A DNA stretch of 64,000 bases, taken from contig CATNEN010000003.1 of the NCBI GenBank assembly GCA_950097015.1, positions 13,268,001-13,332,000 on the forward strand, read 5' to 3'. A model generated the notes under the pieces. It ran no database searches, was not told where the DNA came from, and saw nothing but the letters and a program-made list of their open reading frames with translations. The DNA is from Macrostomum hystrix (taxonomy: Eukaryota > Animalia > Platyhelminthes). A program made the translations under genes and the position numbers. Shown here one piece after another: positions 60,715 through 64,000 of the stretch. Numbering within the stretch: position 1 is the first letter of the stretch; each line of letters begins with the position of its first letter.

Positions 60715-61299
60715 ATGCCGTTAATCCTTCGCGCAAAAGTGATCGTCGTGGGCGATTCTACTGTTGGCAAGAGCTCCCTAGTGCAAATGTTTCACAGCGA
60801 TGGACAGCATTTTCCTAAGAACTACTCAATGACCACCGGAGTTGAACTAGTCGTGAAATCCTGCATGCTGCCGCAAAGTCAAGGCGACCAAGTGGAAATG
60901 TACTTATACGATTGCGCCGGCAAGGAGGCCTACAGCGACGTTGTTGAGAAGTATGCTCAACGGCCCGACCTGTGTGTCCTAGTCTACGACGTGACCAGCG
61001 AGTCCTCGTTCAGCAAGTGCGCGCAATGGCTAGCCAAACTGCCTAAGCTATCTCGCAATGGCGCATTGCCAATCACAGCTCTGGTTGCGCACAAATCTGA
61101 TTTGGATAGTAGGCGCATTGTGACAACTAACCAGGGCCAGGAAATGGCTCACAACAATGGCCTCTTGTACTTTGAAGCCTCGGCCAAGGAGGCTCACGGC
61201 GTTGAGGCGCCGTTTGTTGAATTGGCAAAGAAATTCACCGAGTTGTACACGGAGCGGTGTGCTCAAATAGCCGAGTATTGCAATAATGCACGGCGTTGA
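60715..61299 (+). CDS. IFT27: Intraflagellar transport protein 27 (RABL4), intronless, 194 aa
   Basis: GDSTVGKS P-loop, FHSDGQHFPKNYSMTTGVELVVK signature, DCAGKE, no C-terminal prenylation motif. Confidence 0.93.
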   Translation: MPLILRAKVIVVGDSTVGKSSLVQMFHSDGQHFPKNYSMTTGVELVVKSCMLPQSQGDQVEMYLYDCAGKEAYSDVVEKYAQRPDLCVLVYDVTSESSFSKCAQWLAKLPKLSRNGALPITALVAHKSDLDSRRIVTTNQGQEMAHNNGLLYFEASAKEAHGVEAPFVELAKKFTELYTERCAQIAEYCNNARR

Positions 61300-61521
61300 G
61301 CTCTGACTATTTCATGACTGAATTATTTAATTAGGTTTTTACTTAGTTTCGTCCTTGGTAGGAAAATTTAAGTTTTTTTTTTCATCCGAATGTACCATAT
61401 CAAATTATCAGGATGTGTCGTGAATGTGCTGTGATATAAATATAACCAAATTATTGAATAATAGAAGCCTGTCAAAATAATTTTTACTCAATTTTGAGTC
61501 ATAATATTATGCTTATTAACC

Positions 61522-61878
61522 GCTAGTGTTCATGACCATGCTCATTATCAGCTAGCTAGTGTTCATGACAATGCTCATTATCAGCTAGCTAGTGTTCATG
61601 ACCATGCTCATTATCAGCTAGCTAGTGTTCATGACCATGCTCATTAGCAGCTAGTGTTTATGACCATGCTCATGAGCAGCTAGCTAGTGTTCATAACCAT
61701 GCTCATTATCAGCTAGCTAGTGTTCATGACCATGCTCATTATCAGCTAGCTAGTGTTCATGACCATGCTCATTAGCAGCTAGTGTTCATGATCATGCTCA
61801 TTATCAGCTAGTGTTCATGATCATGCTCAATATCAGCTAGTGTTTATGATCATGCTCATTATCAGCTAGTGTTCATTA
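61522..61878. repeat. 29/33-bp unit GCTAGTGTTCATGACCATGCTCATTATCA(GCTA) array
   Basis: Starts about 220 bp after the IFT27 stop. Confidence 0.95.
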
Positions 61879-63813
61879 GTGGTAAGTGATATGACTGAGA
61901 TCAGTAAATGCACTAATAACAGTGTTAATTGTCACGATTATAACAAACTACTAAATAGTGACCTTATAAGAAAGTATCAATCATAAACAATTTATTGATA
62001 ACATATTGTATTTTAATTATAAAGAAGTTTAAATTATCCGTCCATTTTTCCTCTATTGCGTCACTTAACTTTTTGCATACAAAATTTTTTATGGCATCAA
62101 AATATAGTGTCACAAAAAAACTTATAATTGAACGACTACCAATGCACTACCCATAAAAACTTAATGTCTCGTATTTAAAGTTTTTTAATTCAGCTAAAAA
62201 CTCACAATAGCCTACTATGAGTAGAGAACTGTGAGTTTCTAAATCGAATATTATTGCTATATGTAAAAGGCTCGTAGATTGTCCATCCACCGATGCCTAA
62301 AGCTTAATTCCCAAGTTGATCGTAAAAGCTGCGTTGTGTCGACGATATCTCAAACGGAAAGGAAGCTGTTGTGACAGTCTTCCTTCCTTCATCGGAGCTG
62401 CAACGCCTGTTAAAGGAATTGGAAAGAAATCCACGATCGACTTCAATAAGCAATTCCTTCACAATATTATTGATTTCGTGTGCTTCGATATTCATGAATA
62501 ATTTTGCTCACCAGAAAAAGAAACATAAATTTCCTGCTTCCCTAGTCGCGCCGCTTTTGTGTCATATGTTAACGGAAATTGAAGCGAACCGTTAATTTCT
62601 GCTTTCCGCGAATAGCTCTTTCGACATCAAGCAAGAATTTCAACACTTGTTTGCAACTGCTTTCCCAAATGATAGAAGACAGTTTTTCTTGAGTAAAAAG
62701 CCGGGTTTCTTCTTTTGTGATAAAGCATACGGCTTTTTTGTATATTTTTTACTGAGTATGTGATGTGTTTCAGCCCAGTGGTATAAGCTCAAAGATCAGG
62801 AGTTCGATTCCCAATTGCACTGAAACTATTTGTGTCCTTTTATACGAGTAGCAACATGCTTTACTCTGGTTAAATTGTTACCAGCATTAGCTGGGTTTAT
62901 TGAGGGTGGGTGTGGCGTTCCCCCAGTCCATGGACAGATAAACAGATAAATATTTTGAAAATTAAATGTTGTAAACGAAGAAAAATCTATTAAATCGAAA
63001 CAAGTTGTTTCGCTATTAAAGTATATTTGCACTGATTTCTCGGCATGCAGAAATAACAAAATTTCAAAGAAAAAAGAAATCTTATTGAAAGTGTTTCATT
63101 TTGGACAGTTTAAAGCAATTTTTAGTCAGTGAAGCAAAGTGATTGGTCAAGCACAGAACTGGGCAAAATACACGAACAGCTGTGGAGCGCTCAAGTAAAA
63201 AAACAAAGCGAAGAAATGGATTGTGTACATGATATTCATGTGTGCTCAAAACTAATTGAGATACGAAAAATGGATGTTTTGTGTACAAGTTTATTTTTTC
63301 TTGGAGCTTTTGCATGGTATCTATATGACAGACTTATTTCATCTGAAACCCATTAACATAAGTTTCGCCACTTTAGTCTCCGTTTTCTGCCCTTCTTTCC
63401 GTTTTTTCTCTCTCATTCTCTTTCCCTTCCTCGTTTCTGATTGGTCGCCACCTCACACCAACTGCTGAACATTCTTATTCCATAACCCTCTGTCTGTTCA
63501 AATTCAGAGATAGCATTCATTTCTCTCTCCCTCTCGCGTCTCTGATTGGCTCACTGTTCGCTTCTCTTAGCCTCCAACCCCCCTCCATAGTTCTTGTTAT
63601 CTATAAATATACTTTTTTAACTTCAAGTCGTAAATGAGGTCTCTTACTGCGAAGACATATTTTTTGCTTAATAATTTTTTATGGTGCCAGAATGATTTGA
63701 TTAAGCAGACATCAAAGCTCATAAATCCCTATTTTTTACTTTGTAAAAACATGAAAATCAGAGAAAGTTGGGAATTTTTCGTAAAGAAAACTATTTTTTT
63801 TGTTCACTTGCCC

Positions 63814-64000
63814 TCACGAAGACAGCCTCGTAGAACTGATCGCCAGGGCAGCCGCCGCCAGTGACGTCAGCACTGACAGTTTCGCGGAGCCACCAGCCGA
63901 ATTACAACCGTCAGTTTTGCAGGTGAGAATACAGCCGTACATCATGACGCCCTGCCATTTAATCTTCTGCAATGGCCCGCAATGATTACTGCGACCAATC
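63814..64000 (-). CDS. 3' end of a Ly6/quiver-like GPI-anchored protein (partial)
   Basis: Hand translation ...NHCGPLQKIKWQGVMMYGCILTCKTDGCNSAGGSAKLSVLTSLAAAALAISSTRLSS*; CxxDGCN motif followed by a GPI-signal-like tail. Confidence 0.8.
   Translation of the reverse strand, partial: IGRSNHCGPLQKIKWQGVMMYGCILTCKTDGCNSAGGSAKLSVLTSLAAAALAISSTRLSS

Noticed and set aside
62304-62700. Short ORFs, possibly a decayed transposase or exon
   Set aside because: No recognisable motif or consistent splice model
62770-62815. Possible tRNA (AGTGGTATAAGC...GGAGTTCGATTCCC)
   Set aside because: Only box-like remnants; no complete cloverleaf; probably a decayed SINE head
63800-63985. Plus-strand 61-aa ORF with an apparent donor
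   Set aside because: The minus strand gives a clear Ly6-type C-terminus

Overview
Animal (non-prokaryotic) genomic DNA with spliceosomal GT-AG introns. It is probably an invertebrate bilaterian; the minisatellite load and poly-Q/poly-A coding style recall Macrostomum-type flatworms, but that is inference only. Hand-spliced genes: homeobrain (PRD-class, 3 exons, +); intronless CCDC166-like (-); a KLHL1/4/5-type BTB-BACK-kelch gene (5 exons, +) whose predicted first intron holds an intronless coiled-like Ly6 gene on the same strand; a BCAR3/NSP-type Cdc25-like gene with no visible SH2 exon (+); a 4-exon 217-aa gene of unknown family (-) head-to-head with intronless IFT27 around an RFX X-box-like motif; and the 3' end of a quiver-like Ly6 gene at the right edge (-). 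Mobile elements are a hAT-type MITE family with 8-bp TSDs and an internal minisatellite, a second MITE, and a tRNA-derived SINE family. The dominant feature is about 35 tandem arrays, nearly all with a private unit (8-55 bp). They fill almost every long intron and follow most stop codons. Several are built from splice-signal-like sequence. The clearest case is an intron whose 34-bp unit is the intron/exon junction itself, giving 13 CAG|GT sites of which only the last gives an intact protein. Most long ORFs in the supplied track are repeat artefacts.
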